The notes: generated by a model from the letters alone, not told the origin. Shown: positions 14,291-28,790, counted from the first letter of the stretch. The stretch: DNA of 64,000 bases from the human T2T-CHM13v2.0 reference genome, Homo sapiens (GCF_009914755.1 NC_060936.1); one strand, 5' to 3'. Numbers and translations are program-made.

Positions 14291-17200
14291 CTGCGGAGAA
14301 AGAAAGCATCAGGGAGGCTGCCGACACCAGGGCCCTCCACCTCCATGCTACCCCTGGGCTGCACCTCCGGGTCTGGTGGGGAGGGAGTGGGGTCAGGGTT
14401 GTGGCATCTGGGGAAGTGGTCCCTATTGTCTATACAGTCAGTATACACTTTTTCCCTCTCTGGATGGCTCAAAGACTGTGACTACATTAAAATCAAACAT
14501 TCAGATGAAAATGACGACTTCATCCAATTCCCCAGATGTTTGCATGCATCCATAGGTTGACTGTCATTTATATACGGCTAAAGTCAAGTTGGGTTGTGAG
14601 ATGTAGGTAGTGAGCTGGATTATCCAGACAGCTGGAACAGCAGCTTCCATAAAGCCATGGGCCTTTTCTCTTCCAGTTGTATTATGCCCCTTGGTGGTCT
14701 CCACATTTCCCCTAGCCCAGCACACAGGAAACCCCTCCAACACTAGTCCCTTGTCGCCTCTCTCCTGACCCACTGGTGGCTGTGCTCTGTAGCCCTCTGC
14801 TCTCCCTTGGACACAACTCCATGCCTCAGGACTCAAATCCACAGAAGAGCTTGCTAGACCAGCCCCATCCATGGAGGGGTACACTCTTTCCTGCCCTTTC
14901 ATCTTACCCAGAATCCTTCCTGCCATCCATGATGTTCACTCAAGCTTGACCTCCTGCAGAAAGCCATTGCCTGTGGCTTCCCCTGACCACTCACCGCCTC
15001 CATGGGAGTGGGAAGGGACACTGTCTTCCAAGTACATGTAGCTCTGACTGTCTGACCCACCCAGTTTAGCACTCGGTTCCACTACACGTCAGTGTTCATT
15101 TGTGTTTTTGGAGTCAGAAATCTGGGTTTGAAATCTGGTTCGCTTTGTAAGTTCTGGCAAATCATGTACTTTCTCTGAGTGGGCAAAACAGGGATGCCAG
15201 TATCCGCTTTTCTCCCCAGGGATCCTTCCAGTGTTAGGTTGATGGTGGCTAGGACTCATCTTCTCAAGAAGATTCTATTTCTAGAGAGCGTGGGCTGGGT
15301 CTTGCCTTGCCAGTGTCCCCAGACTGCCATGCCCGGCACACTGCCCTGCGTGCTTTGGGTACAACCCATGCTTCGGCTGCAGCAGTGGGGAGACTTCCAT
15401 TTGGCCTTATTGCGTTCCCTGCCATCAGGGGATGAGAGGCTCCCCTGGCAGAGGCGTCCCATTCCTTCTAAGTCCCAGTCCTTCTAAGTCCTTCTAAGTT
15501 CCCTTGAAGGACAAGGCCGCTCAAAGCAAAAAAGCTGGCTGTCCTCCACTTTGGAGGCCTTGAAAACCTTTATGAATGTTTTGCTCTGGGGAAGGCAGGC
15601 TCTGGGGAGATCTCAGACCTCAGCTAAGAAGATGCTCCCCATCCAGGGCTGGATGGTCCCAGCTCCCCTGACTGTCGTGGCCAGACCGGCCATGTCGGAC
15701 GCCTCCTGACCCCAGTGTGAGCCTGAGTTTAAAGGAAGTTTGAAGAGGAGAGAAATGTGTGAAGAGGAAAAAACAAGTTTCTTACATATGTTTACTGGTC
15801 CAACACCTTCACAGAGCCTGGAAAGGGGAAGAAACAAATCATTTCACATGCACTATTGTTTCCTGAAAACCTATTTGCCATAAAAAGGGCTTTCTTGTTT
15901 GAGTAGATCTGTGGAGCAGTAGTTCTCACCCCTGGTTATACACACATCTGGGGAGCGTTGAAAAACACGTTCTTAGACCCTATCCCAAAACCATTAGATT
16001 AAAATATTTAAGGAAATTTATCATTAGTAGTAATTTTAGCAAAATTACTAATGATTCTGGTGCAGCTTATCTAGACTTGCATTTGAGAATCACAGGTCTA
16101 GAGCCTTCTTCTGATTCCCTGACAAGGGCAATGCAACTAATGTTTGCAGAGAAGGTATTGTCATCTTTAAAGACTATGTATTTCTGCAGTTCTTCACTGT
16201 CCCCTTCTCTTCCTTAGTCTTTCTAGATGCCTAAGTCTGACTTCACTCTCCTGCTGGACTGAGAGTACTCACCGGCTCTCCTCGCCCTCCAGCAGGCGCC
16301 TGTAGGTGGCGATCTCGATGTCCAGGCCCAGCTTGGCATTCATCAGCTCCTGGTACTCGCGCAGCTGCCGCGCCATGTCCTGCTTGGCCTGCTGCAGGGC
16401 ACACTCCAGATCTGCCAGCTTGCATTTGGCATCACTGAGGGTCGCCTCGCCCTGCTGCTCGGCCTCGGCCACTGCAGCCTCCAACTTGGCACGCTGCAGG
16501 GAAGGCAGTTTGCAGGTAGGCTTCGGCAGTGCCAGGGCATCCCCAGGTTGGGTTAGAAACACGGCCCCTCTTAGTGGGAACATAGCCTGGGGCCAAGGCA
16601 GGGATGGACCCCATGGTGGCTGCTTTCCCAGGCACTGGAGATCCTGTAGTTTGATGTCACTATGGGGTAGGGCATTGCTGTTGTTTCCATCCCCACTGAC
16701 TTTGTCACTGCTGATTTCAGCTGCCCCAGAGTCATGGCATCTAGAGGGTAAATTTATTCTTTCTGTACCACCTTCCCTGCTGGGTCTGCTCTAGCCCTTT
16801 ACTTCTATGTGGGAAGCTCTCCTTCCCTTCCATATTTTTATCCTCCAGAAAGCCTTCCTGGACTGATCCCTCCATTCCTTGGTTTCTGGGTCTTGATGGT
16901 CTCCCTCACCTCATTAGACTTGGGGGTTCCCAAAGCCTGAGGCCCTGGTTCTCCCTCATCTGAGGCTTTCCCTCCTTTCCTTTGCCCACCTGAGCCTTGG
17001 CGTGCTCAATCTCTGCCTTAAGCCTCTGGATCAGGCGGGTCAGTTCGTTGATCTCGTTCCGTATGTTGCGCAGGTTGTCACAGTGTTGGCCAGCTGTCAC
17101 CTGCATCTCTTCATACTGCGGAGAGAGGAGGGTATTTTGAGGGTTCGGAGGTCAGGTCAGGATCACAGCCCCCACTGAGTTGGGGGCTTCAAACCTCCCT

Positions 17201-20200
17201 GGGCCTGATCTGTTATATATGAGTCATTCCCAGAGCTGCCTACATCCCTTCCCCAGCCTCCACTGCCCACCTTGGTCTGGTACCAGGCCTCAGCATCAGC
17301 CCGGCTGCGCCTGGCCACCTCCTCATACTGGGCCTTGACCTCAGCAATGATCCCATCAAGGTTCAGGTCACGGCTGTTGTCCATCTTCACAATGACCGAC
17401 GTCTCTGAGATGTGCGACTGCAGCAACTGGATTTCCTGTGTTGGAGGATTGGGGAGACAGATGTGCTTAGAGTCTCATTTAGTAGCTGGGACTCTGCCAC
17501 AGGGGGCCCAGGAAGTGGTGCCAGGGGCAGAGAGCATCACTCATTGGTTCATAAAAGAGCAAGACCATCTAAATTGATGATAAAGAAAAAGACATGTCTG
17601 AGAACCATCTCAGGCTGACTTTAGAGCTCTTGTGATCTACTCAGAAACATCCCTTTAACACACTACTTTGCTCAGTAAGTATTAAAACCATGGGGATCTA
17701 AGAACATGGTGGAAGAAAGTGGGAGCCACTCTAGGGCTTAAACTTTTCTTAGATTATCTACAAAGTGGCTGGGCTGGTCACAGACCGTTGAGACCTGACA
17801 ATATTTTAGCACATGGTGGTCTAGGAATTCCTATATCCCAAGCCCTTAATAGAAGAACTGAGGGGCTTGGGACTGGCCTGCAAAGAGAGTTCCAGAGGAG
17901 GCTTTCCTCAGCCTCTTCACTTAGAGCTAGCAATTCAGCTCTGGCTGGGCCTATACCAGACTGGACAGATTGTTTATGAAGCAAAAGACAGCTGGTTTGG
18001 CTAATTAGGTCAAACACATTTTTTCTTACCTCTCCTGGCAAATCAATTTTTCAGTCTTCTTGTCAGTACACAGGAAGTGACATTTCTAGATCCCAGTCTT
18101 TAAATTGGTAAATAAGGAGTTGGATCATAGATCCAAGGAGTTTGACTTGCATCAGGCTGCTGAAAAGCCTGCTCACCTTCCCTTCCCCATTTGAAGACAT
18201 ATTGGCATATATAGCATACAGATTTGAGTGAGAGGAAAGATATATGATAGCAAATGTTTGAAAATATGTTAGCCCAGGCTAAGCATTCAGGGAGTCCAGG
18301 CCAAGCATTGATCTCCTTGGGTGCCCTAGAGAAGATGAACCCTCACCTCCATGTAAAGCGTTTTTAGAAAGTCAATTTCCTGAGTTAGGGTATCCACGTT
18401 GGCCTCGAGATCAGACTTGTTCATGAAAGCTGCATCCACATCCTGTATAAAACAGAGAAGGATAAATACTCATCGCCTGGGCACTGTTTCACCTTCCCAC
18501 CTGTGTCTGGAGATGGGTGCAAAGAGGCAGCCACTTCCCACAGATGGTAAGGTCGCTGGGTAGAAGTGAAGCTCAGCAACTTTTGCTCATTTCCCTATTA
18601 CAATGCCAACATTCCCCCAGGGGCTGCTGGACATTTCCTGATGTTCAGTTAGAGGCAAAGAAAATCTAGATAATCCAAGATACTTAGGTCACCTTTTCAT
18701 ACCTCTGCTCACATGTGACCCAATCCTAAAGAATCTGAGGCTGAACCTGAACTTTGTAGGAAATCTCTTGTTATCTCTGAGATTCCACTGTCTCCACTGT
18801 CTTGGTGTGAGTAGTCCCAGACTCCACAGGGCTGCCTGAGCAGTTTCCTGGGGAGTCTTGAGAACATTTGCCGGTCCAGAGGAGAAGTTGGCCTGGTCTG
18901 TGGTTCCCCCTTACCTTCTTCAGAGCCACAAACTCATTCTCAGCATTGGCCCGACATACCACTTCCTCTTCATACCTGATGATAAAGGTTAAGAGGGTGA
19001 GTGCTTACTCTGAACTGAGAGGCAGTTACTCCCAACTCCCCAGTGAACCTTGCAAGATCTCTCAGTCTGTGCAGGATCATGGTTCCCTATTGCTATCTGA
19101 ATGCTATAACATCATCCCCTCTGTCTCATCTTTATGACCTTTCATAAGCCAGTGCCTCTCAGTTTCTCCAAATCCCTTCCACTTTCTTAATGTGGGTTTG
19201 GGATCTGAAAACCTGGTCTATTGCTATGTTCCTCTGACAGAAATAATGTAGGATCATTGCATTTGACTATAGAGCAAGTAGGGCCCAACTGAAAAAGATA
19301 CTGAACATGGGCACCTTTTTCCTCAGGAGGGCCTCCTCTTCTCTGTTCACATATCTCTACCCACCCCCACCTCCCCAGGCTTGATGTGGTAACCAGCATT
19401 CAACCCTGATCCTTCCAGCTGCTCTCATCTGAGCTTGGCAGCTAATTCTGGGGCCAGGCCTGGCCTGTCACTGGTCTGTGCAGCTCAGATGTCACTCACT
19501 TCTTCTTGAAGCCCTCTAGGACATCCTGCAGGTGGTTCCTCTCAGCCTGGAGCCGGGCCTGATCACTGACCAGCACCTCCAACTGCCTCCGCAGGTTGGT
19601 GATGTAGCTCTCGAAGAGTGGCTCCAGGTTGCTCCTGATACATTTCTGCTCTTGGAGGAAGCTCCACTTGGTCTCTAGGAGCTTATTCTGCTGCTCTAGG
19701 AACCGAACCTAAATCCACAGGGCACAGAAATGGCATTTGAAGTGCTTGATAGGGTTCATGCCTTGACCAAGCTCTTGAGATGGCCAGCGATGACTTGACC
19801 ACATGTCGACAGGGTTCTCTCCTCTGCTGACTTTCATTCCTCCACTAACTCAGCAGAAGCTGGAAGGGCAGGTTGTGACTCCCTCCTTGTGCTCGGCTAG
19901 GCCTAGTTACCAATATGGGGTTTTGAACCATAGCACTTCAGTACCATTCCCCTATCCAGTCTCTAAGAAAGCTGTACACTGGTACATCAGGAAGTTGGAA
20001 GGGTTGATTCTATTTAAGCTCTGGTTTGTCTATATCTGAAAACTGATGCCAGGCATCCCTGGCAGAGAATGGGGAGCAGAGTAAACTACATTTGGGGTGG
20101 GATATGGTACTGGGAGGTAGGAATTCTCAGATTGTAAGTCCTATCCAACATCGCAGATATTCCATTGGCTGAGATGTGTAGAGCTGGAAGAGAACTTACA

Positions 20201-21498
20201 GACCCTTTACCCCAGCCCCTCATTTTAGAGAGGAAGAACCCAAAACTTACAGAGGTTATCCTTCATTCTCAGACATAACCATTCCATCTCCACATAGACA
20301 TGGTGTGTGGGATGTCAGTTCTTTTGGGTTATCCACATCACTGTTCCCACTCATCTGCCTGGAAGCCAGTGACTACCAGTGGTCATTCCCTACAATTTCC
20401 CTGAATCTAGGCAACTTGGCCGAATTTTGATACCCCATGTGGGGGTATGAATTCTTCTTCTTTTTTTAATTACTCAACTCCATTCTCTACTTTTCTAAGC
20501 CTGAATAGATGAGGCCACTCAGCCTCAGAAACTATGAAAACTTCATAAGGAACAAAAGGATCTCAAAGAATAAAACCTCTTAAGCATATACCAGCCAACA
20601 CCTGGCTAAAGTCCCAGTGTTTCCAGCCTGTTTCAGAGACATTTCTAAGTGACCAGATGCAACATCTTAGTTTGTCGAGATGCCCTCGAGTTTGGCTGGA
20701 TGCTCCTCTGTCCTCCAGAAGATATCAACACTGTCGGAATCTATCCCACCATGCAGCTCGTCCTCTGGCTTGGCCTTGCTCTGCAGCAGAGCAACCCATA
20801 AAGCATACCACAATGCCTGAGGTAGGCACTTGAAAGATCTGAGGTCAAGGTCAAGTCCCCAGAACCGGGCCAGTTCTTTTTAAGGGAAAGAGCACTCTAG
20901 TGCATTTTGGCTGTAATATTTCTAGACCCAGAGATTCAGCTATCATAGGTACCTTGTCAATGAAGGAGGCAAACTTGTTGTTGAGGGTCTTGATTTGCTC
21001 CTTCTCATCCTTCTTCACCCTCTGGGCATTGGGGTCAATCTCCAGGTTGAGGGGGGTCAGTAGGCTCTTGTTCACAGTCACAGCTGTGATAGATGGGGCT
21101 GCTGGGACTCCAACCCCTCCAACTCTGTAACCAAAGCCAGGGCCACCAAAGCCATAGCCAATGCCACTGCCAGCTCCAAAGCCCAGACCAACACAGCTGT
21201 CAGCCCTAGGCCCCAGACCAACACCTCTCCCATCACCAAAACCCATCCCACAGCCAGCACCAAAGCGGACTCCACAGTGGATGGGCCGAGAGCCTACAGC
21301 TGCTATCCGGGGTGAGTACGATCCAAAGGTGATGACACTCCGACTACCAAAGCTGCCAAGGCCCCGGAATCCAGGCCCACTCCAACAGGAGACAGAGTTG
21401 GCCCGGAAGCGATTCAGGTTCTGTGGTGTCATTGCTGAACAAGAGCTGAAGTTGCCCACCCGGTGACCAGAGCTGACTCGGTAGGAGCGGCAAGACAT
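13944..21498 (-). CDS. KRT84: Keratin 84 (type II hair-type keratin Hb4), complete, 600 aa: join(21498..20953,19708..19500,18975..18915,18442..18347,17435..17271,17115..16990,16493..16273,15817..15786,14290..13944)
   Basis: Nine GT-AG exons of 546+209+61+96+165+126+221+32+347 = 1803 nt (600 aa + stop); [18 protein letters not shown]-terminus, [15 protein letters not shown] helix termination, [15 protein letters not shown]-terminus. Confidence 0.97.
15786..15817 (-). CDS. KRT84: KRT84 exon 8 (32 nt)
   Basis: [14 protein letters not shown] flanks. Confidence 0.95.
15917..16095. mobile_element. MER5-like hAT DNA transposon remnant in KRT84 intron 7
   Basis: Termini cagtagttctc ... tttgagaatcac. 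Confidence 0.55.
16273..16493 (-). CDS. KRT84: KRT84 exon 7 (221 nt)
   Basis: [16 protein letters not shown]...LLEGEES. Confidence 0.95.
16990..17115 (-). CDS. KRT84: KRT84 exon 6 (126 nt)
   Basis: [17 protein letters not shown]...HAKAQ. Confidence 0.95.
17271..17435 (-). CDS. KRT84: KRT84 exon 5 (165 nt)
   Basis: [22 protein letters not shown]...AWYQTK. Confidence 0.95.
18347..18442 (-). CDS. KRT84: KRT84 exon 4 (96 nt)
   Basis: [32 protein letters not shown]. Confidence 0.95.
18915..18975 (-). CDS. KRT84: KRT84 exon 3 (61 nt)
   Basis: [20 protein letters not shown]. Confidence 0.95.
19500..19708 (-). CDS. KRT84: KRT84 exon 2 (209 nt)
   Basis: TAG|[19 protein letters not shown]...GFKK|GT (not in the ORF track). 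Confidence 0.95.
20953..21498 (-). CDS. KRT84: KRT84 exon 1 coding part (546 nt)
   Basis: ATG at 21498, Gly-rich head, ends FASFIDK|GT. Confidence 0.95.
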
Positions 21499-21590
21499 GA
21501 TGGCTTCCTGGTTGGGAGCAAAAGAGCAAGTGTAGAATGGGTGAGCTGGAGCTGGGAGTCCCTCTGAGGCCAGTGGAACCCTTGCACCCC

Positions 21591-21670
21591 TTTTATGTGT
21601 GTGGTGATCTGAGGCTTGGCCCCATAAAAATGAAAAAATCCATTTGCAGGCATTTATGAGCTTGGGTAGT
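21591..21670 (-). promoter_or_regulatory. KRT84 proximal promoter: variant TATA CATAAAA (21591-21597) and HOX13-type sites (21621-21629, 21653-21666)
   Basis: Motifs read directly; position matches the KRT85 and KRT82 promoters. Confidence 0.65.
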
Positions 21671-22306
21671 TAGCAGAAACTCTGCATGCCTATAACCTCC
21701 TTGACAATGAGTTAACTCAGACACACCTAGTCTCATTGGGATGAGGGCTGTAACAGCAAACCAATAAACATTAAAAACACATAAACATATAAACATTATA
21801 GTCTTTTTTTTCCCTATAAGTCTACCACAATTGCCATTAAGGGGACATTAATTTGCTTTGGTCATAAATGCAATAGGTTTTTTCACTGTGAGTGTGGCTA
21901 ACCACCAGAAAGTTAGGATGGCGACAGCTCCAGCAAGAGGCTCACATGGGATGCATCCATGAAGATATAACCCCCTAAAGAGGTGGGAGTGTGTGCACAT
22001 CTCCAAGTAAGAAGTGATATGGAGAAAATACAGTTTGTTGCATTTCTGCAAATCAATTAAATCATCAAAAAACCTTCTGCCATGTTTTATCCAATATGGC
22101 TGTTTAGTATACAAGAGTTGAATCTACAGTAAAGCTCATTTGGGCTAGTGTAGACACATCTGTGATTTGAGACACTCAGAGATATTCATTCATTCTACAG
22201 TTTTAGAGTGCCTGCTATGTATCCAGCAGTGTGCTTGCTGCTGAGGGTACAGAGATTACAAAGACAGTCTCTATCTTCATGGTAGTAGGGGAAGATTTAT
22301 CTTAAA

Positions 22307-22433
22307 TTTTTTTTTTTTTTTTAGAGACATGATCTAGTTGCCCAGGCTGGTCTTGAACTCCTGGGCTCAAGTGATCCTCCCGCCTCCGCCTCCCAGGTAG
22401 CTGGGACTACAGGCATCCACCACCATGCCCAGC
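22307..22433 (-). mobile_element. Alu monomer (FLAM-like)
   Basis: poly(T) then gcccaggctggtcttgaactcctgggctcaagtgatcctcccgcc. Confidence 0.85.
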
Positions 22434-22944
22434 AGAACATTTATCTTGAGGATTTCCAGCAGTCAACACTTTGTGGCATGATTTGAGGCCAAAGCATTGG
22501 AAAGTTTCTGTATAGAAAGCTAACTACATGATTTTTAGCCCCCAAATATACCATAGGTGTGATTTATGGGCCTGTCCATTTAGGTTCCTTGAATTATTGA
22601 TGAATCTTTGGTTAGGATAGAGAGACACAAAGCAATATACATCTGGATAGAAAAGGAAAAGTTCTCAGCAGCTGAATATTATCATTGTTAGCAATATTGC
22701 AGCTCTTTTAGGACCCTGAGCCAGGCTGGTGTTTACCTTTTCTATTCTAGTGCATCCTTTGCCCAGGGGAACTCATGTTTGACTGGACGCTTGAGATTCT
22801 TTGGGATGCTTGCAATTCCACTTGGAAGGGGATGTATGCTTTTGACCAGAAGCATCCAGCTCATTTATGCGGTATTTTCTTTTTCCAGCTATCAGCTGTA
22901 TGTCTAAGGGGGAAATGAAGCAGAAAAACAATAAGAAGTGCATA

Positions 22945-24560
22945 CTTCTCGTCAAGACCACCAGTGGCCTCCATGTTAAATTCAATGGTCTGTCCTCAGT
23001 TCTCACTTTCTTCACATAGCTGACCATGCCCTTTCTCTTGAAACACGCTCTTCTTTTGATTTTCGGACACTACACTCTCTCGATTTCTTGCCACACTCTT
23101 TTCAGTCTTCTAAGCCAGTTCCTCCTCATATCCCCAACCTCTAGACACTGCAGAGTCCCTGGCTCAATCCTTGGGTATCTATTCTCTTCTTTAGACTCAT
23201 TGCCTTGGTGATATTATACAGACTCAGGACTTTAAATACCATCTGTTCATTCATGACTGCCAAGGCACAACTCTATCCCAGACCTCCCTACCCCTAAACG
23301 CCACACATATATTTTAACCAACATCTCTATTTGGATATCAGATAGGCATCTCAAACTTAATACAGTTGTCCCTTGGTATCCCCAGGTAGTTGGTTCCAGG
23401 ACCCCTTGTGGATACCAAAATCCATGGATGTTCGTCGAGCCTCCGATATACAATGGTGTAGTATTTGCATGTAACCCACACACATCCTTCTGTATACTTG
23501 AAATCATCACTGGATTATAATACCTAATACAATGTAAATGCTATGTAAATAGTTGTTATACTTTATTGACAAGAAAAAAGTCCGTACTTGTTCAGCACAG
23601 ATGCAATTTTTTTAAGAGTTTCAATCTGCAGTTGGTTGAATCCACAAAGGTGGGAGCCACAGATACAGAGGGATGACTTTATGACCAAAACTGTTCTCCT
23701 AATTGTTCCTGCTAAATATGTTCCACTTGCCAACATCACTATCTCTGCAATAGTTCATGCCAGAAATCTTGGAGTCATCCTTTTGTCCTCTGTTTTTTAT
23801 TTCCCTTTTCCCACATTCAATTCATTGGCAAATTCTCCCTTCAAAATATATCCAGACTCCTACTCCTTCTCACCATCCTGCTGCTCCCATGCTGGCCCAG
23901 GCCCATCTCTTCCCACAGGATCTTCTGAACTACACTCCCAGCTGGTCTCCCAGCTTCCTCCCTTGCCCCTTCAGGCTTTTCTTAGCAGCACAGAGTGATC
24001 CTTTAAAAACATGTCAGATCATGCCATTTCCATGCCGAAACTCCTCCCATGGTTTCCCACCCATTCAGAGTCAATGCCCTGTAAGACACTATGCAGTGTG
24101 CCTCCCTCTTCCCTGACCTCATCCCCTCCACCTGTCCCGCTGCCCACTCTGTTGCAGCCACTTGAGCATCCTGGCTGTCCATCAAACAGGCAGAATGACT
24201 CCTGCCTCGAATGCTTACCCCCTTGCTGTTTTCTCTGCTGGGAACCTTTTTCCTCAAATAGCTGTATGGTTGGGTCCCTCAACTCTTCCAGGGCTTTGTT
24301 CATATGTCATCCTCTTAGCTTCTATTGGAAACTCCCTGTCCTCCCTGTACACCTGCCCCGCTTCCTTGTCGCCTTAGCATTTACAGCCATCTGAGGTCCT
24401 CTTCTTGGGTGGATTTGCCTGTTGTTGTCGTTGACTTGTACTGGCTGGAGCAAAGCTTTAGGAGGCAGACACTGCTGTGCATTTTGCTCTCTTAGGGGTC
24501 CCCAGGACTCAGAGTGGGGCACATGGTGGGCATTCTGTATAGTTTCGTTGAGTGAATGGA
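22945..24560 (+). mobile_element. L2 LINE remnant interrupted by MER2 (approximate ends)
   Basis: Pyrimidine-rich L2 ORF2/3' motifs (aggcatctcaaacttaa, ccagaaatcttggagtcatcctt, agagtgatcctttaaaa). Confidence 0.65.
23363..23679 (+). mobile_element. MER2-like TcMar-Tigger non-autonomous DNA transposon
   Basis: TA|cagttgtcccttggtatcc...gatacagagggatgactt|TA: imperfect terminal inverted repeats with TA target duplication. Confidence 0.8.
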
Positions 24561-27500
24561 AGAGGCTGTGAAGATTAAAAGCAGGAGGAGAAAGAAATAG
24601 GAAGTATGAAGAACAGGAATTTGGGCATTTGATTTTGCAGATATTTCGGGAAAAAGAGACTCCAAGTTCCCAAATGGACAGGAATGGCCCAGGAGGGGAC
24701 GGTGGGGCAGAAACTCAAGAGCTCAAAGGAGAACCAATCCAGTTTGTCCCCCAGTTCCAGCCTCTTGGGGTTTGAGCCAGGCTGCTTGAACGAAAGGGCA
24801 TCCCACTCCTCTGAGGCCAGGCGAGGGGTTCCAGGAGATTGGGGCAGGGGGACCAGAGGCTGTCTGGTGGAGGTGAAAGGGGAAGGGAGTGGGAGGGATG
24901 GCCTGCCTAGAGAACCCTGGTGGGGACCCAGAAGATGATATCAATTTTAGAGTCAGATGGACCTGGGTGAAACTCAGATTTGTCACCGACTAGCAGTATG
25001 ATCTTGGATAGTGCTATACCAAGGGCAGGGTGGTGGCCAGGTTCTGCTGCAGGTGCAGGCACTAGGGGAACTTTTCTGCAGAGAACTTTAAAACCAACCA
25101 ATCAGCTTATTAACAATTTTCAGCATGCATTGGCCATTCTAAATAATGGTAGTAGTCCCTTCCACCCCTATGGTATACCAATGACCTTGGGGAAATTGTT
25201 TAACCTCTAAGCCTCAGTTTCCTCATGTTAATATGGAATATTCCCTGTTTCATAGTATGATGAGGATTGACTAGGAAGTGCCTGGGATGTGCACTGTGCA
25301 GTGCCTGGCAGCTGCTACTGTACTCCATTCCTTTCCCTGGCTCTTTCCTCCCTCCATTCCTCCCTTTTCTTCTCTGTTTTGCACAATCCTCCCTTCACTT
25401 CTACACAGTCATCCCTGTTCCCATCCACACCCGCCTCCTTCCTGCTCCCATGGCAGATGCATTCATACCCCATTAGCCATTCCTGTCCCATGTCCCAGCT
25501 TCCCTCAACCCTGATCAGGCTGGGTGGGGTGGGGGTAATTGTAATTGGGACCAGTCAAGCATAGTCCCTGCTCTGTGATGAACTGTCACCATCAGCAGTT
25601 TGCAGTTTGGAGGCATTATTTCGCCAGACGATGCATAACACAACCCTCAGTCATTTTTTAGGGGGTGGCAGGTGGGGAGAGGGGGCGGAGTTGCCCTGGC
25701 AACTTTGGGTAGGAGGTTTTGCTGCTGCAACAGTTTCTTCTTGCTGTTGTCAGTCAGCCTGAGTGTAACTCCAGAGACTTGCGGGCTGAGCCCAGGCTCC
25801 GTGGCTGCATTACCATGCCTGGCTGCTGGGTCATCAGGATCCTATCTGTGGAGCAGGGAGGAGGCAGAAACGCTGAGCAGAGGAAAGGGAGGGGAAGGGC
25901 TGCCTGAGGGAGGGGGACATCCTGGTTGGCCATGCAGGTTCTGGGAACGCTGTTTGCACTGTGGCTGGGTGTGTGTGTGGGAAAGGGGATGACAGGGGAA
26001 GCCCAGATTCTGAGAAGGCTTCAGAGGGCTTCTGTTTAGCCTGGGGACGAGTTTGTGCTGGAGAGAGGCACTGGCTGGAGAAGTTTTCATGCTAAGACCT
26101 GCTCCTGCTGGGAAAGGAAGCTTCAGAGTCCCCCCAGCAGGGGTGGGGGTCGGGGGGCAGGGGGTGTGTGTGAGAGGCTAGGTCCACCCTTGCCAGTACC
26201 TCCTCCTCTCTCCCCTCTCAGATGAATGAACACGCCTCCCCACGGAAGATAAAGCACCCCCTTCTTGTTTTCTACCCACCCCTCTCACTTCTTCCAGGAA
26301 GGATGGTTTTTTCAGGTTTAATGCGATGTCTCACATGGCCCACATGGCTGTCACCTGTCCAGAGTGAAAATGTTGCTCCTGGTAGACATCTAGTTCAGTT
26401 TGCTTCAACATACCTTTATTGGTTGCTAATGTGCGCCTGGCATTGCACTTAGGTGCTAGGATGGCTAGGACAGCCTCTTCCAGGTTCAGCGACTCCAAGC
26501 ACCCCCTCCTCTGCTCAGGGTGCCATTTCTAGAGCCATTTTCCCAATTCCAGCCCCTGCCAGGATTCTTTCTGGGTACTTGGTGACCCTGGCTGGAGTGT
26601 GGCAATCGTGGGTGGACCTGGGACCACAGATGTGACTGGTGTGAGGAAGGGCCATTAGGGGCAGAGTCACCCAAGGGAGGGGCCAGGGGAACAAGGAGGA
26701 GCTGTGTGGGAGGGAGAGAAACTCTGGTGAGCACTTGAAAGCTTCAGGAGGAAGAGGGCCAGGAAATGGGAGACTTTCTGTGGAGACAGACACAGAAATA
26801 CAGAGCTCCAGTTCAGGTCCCCCCAGCCTCCCTAGGCCTCTCTGGGTTGTTCCCCATCCTATCCTCACTGGCACATTCTGGAGGGGCTGGGATTAGGAGA
26901 CTCCAGGCCAAGCCGAGTACAGTGAAACTCTGGCTTCATGCAGACGGTTCTCTTTCTCACCAGGGCAGGGGGCCGGGGCCTGTTCCTACTGTATTCCAGC
27001 ACCCATTGCAGGGCTGACCCCAGAAGACACTCAGGAGGTGTTTGCTGTGTTGAATGGAATGCAGACATCCCAGCCACCACCAGGAGGCACATCTGTCCCG
27101 CCTGTTTTGAATGTCTCCTCTCCTGGGGAGGAAGGGGGAATGGGGACACAGCTGCACGATGCTGGGGAGTCCCTGGTGGGTGTCCTGGAGGGGGTGCCCT
27201 GGTCTCTGTGCTCACATCCAGGGCTGAGCGTGGGAGCACACTCCTGGGATGAGCAGTGCTTATGGGATGACTCCAGGCAGCCTCCCTGCCCAGCAGACAC
27301 TTATCAGGGGCCAGGCACTCTGGAACCAAAATCCCAAAAGGGTGGTTACCAGGCCCCGAGCCTACCTCACCGCAGTGGGGGGAGTCTTCCTTCCCTCTTC
27401 TGCTTCATTCTTAGCTCAGTCCCAACACCAAGGTGGGCCGTTTCCTGGGCCTCGAGCAGCCATCTGTGAGATGGGGTGGCCAGTCTCCTTGGAATCTGTT

Positions 27501-27984
27501 TGCTGACTACAGGGCGGAGGGTCACTCTGGCTCTAGGGTGCTCTGAATTAGTCCTCAGCAGGGAGTGGAGCTGGATCCAGGCCCAGGTCCAGAGAGACAA
27601 GGCTTCAAGTGGGAACAAGGCTCTCAGATCCATCATTTCCTTCTCTCCTTCCCAGCATGTGGATGTGCATCCCCGGAATCACACTCACAGGCCCCAGCCA
27701 TGTGCTGCGTGCCCAGCTGGCAGCTGTGATGCCCCAGCCTGGAGCCTGCTGCTGGCATCCTGCCCAGACAGTCCCGTGGGCCTCCAGGACTCAGGTTTGC
27801 CTGCCCCTCCTCCTGGGAGCTTCCAGAGCCTCAGGACTAAGGTGGGACTCTCAGTTCTGTCCCCATGGCCTTCTGCTCTGCCACCATCACAACAGTCCTC
27901 ACAGCTGTAATTTTGTGTCCCCGGTCTGTATTTCCCGGTAGGCTGTAAGCCCATGGGGCATGCGGCCAAGGCCCCATTTAAAAA

Positions 27985-28790
<806 letters not shown>

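Noticed and set aside
13651-14481. 276-aa plus-strand ORF antisense to KRT84 exon 9, and similar antisense ORFs over other exons
   Set aside because: Shadow ORFs of GC-rich coding sequence. No recognisable domain, and several start at non-ATG codons.
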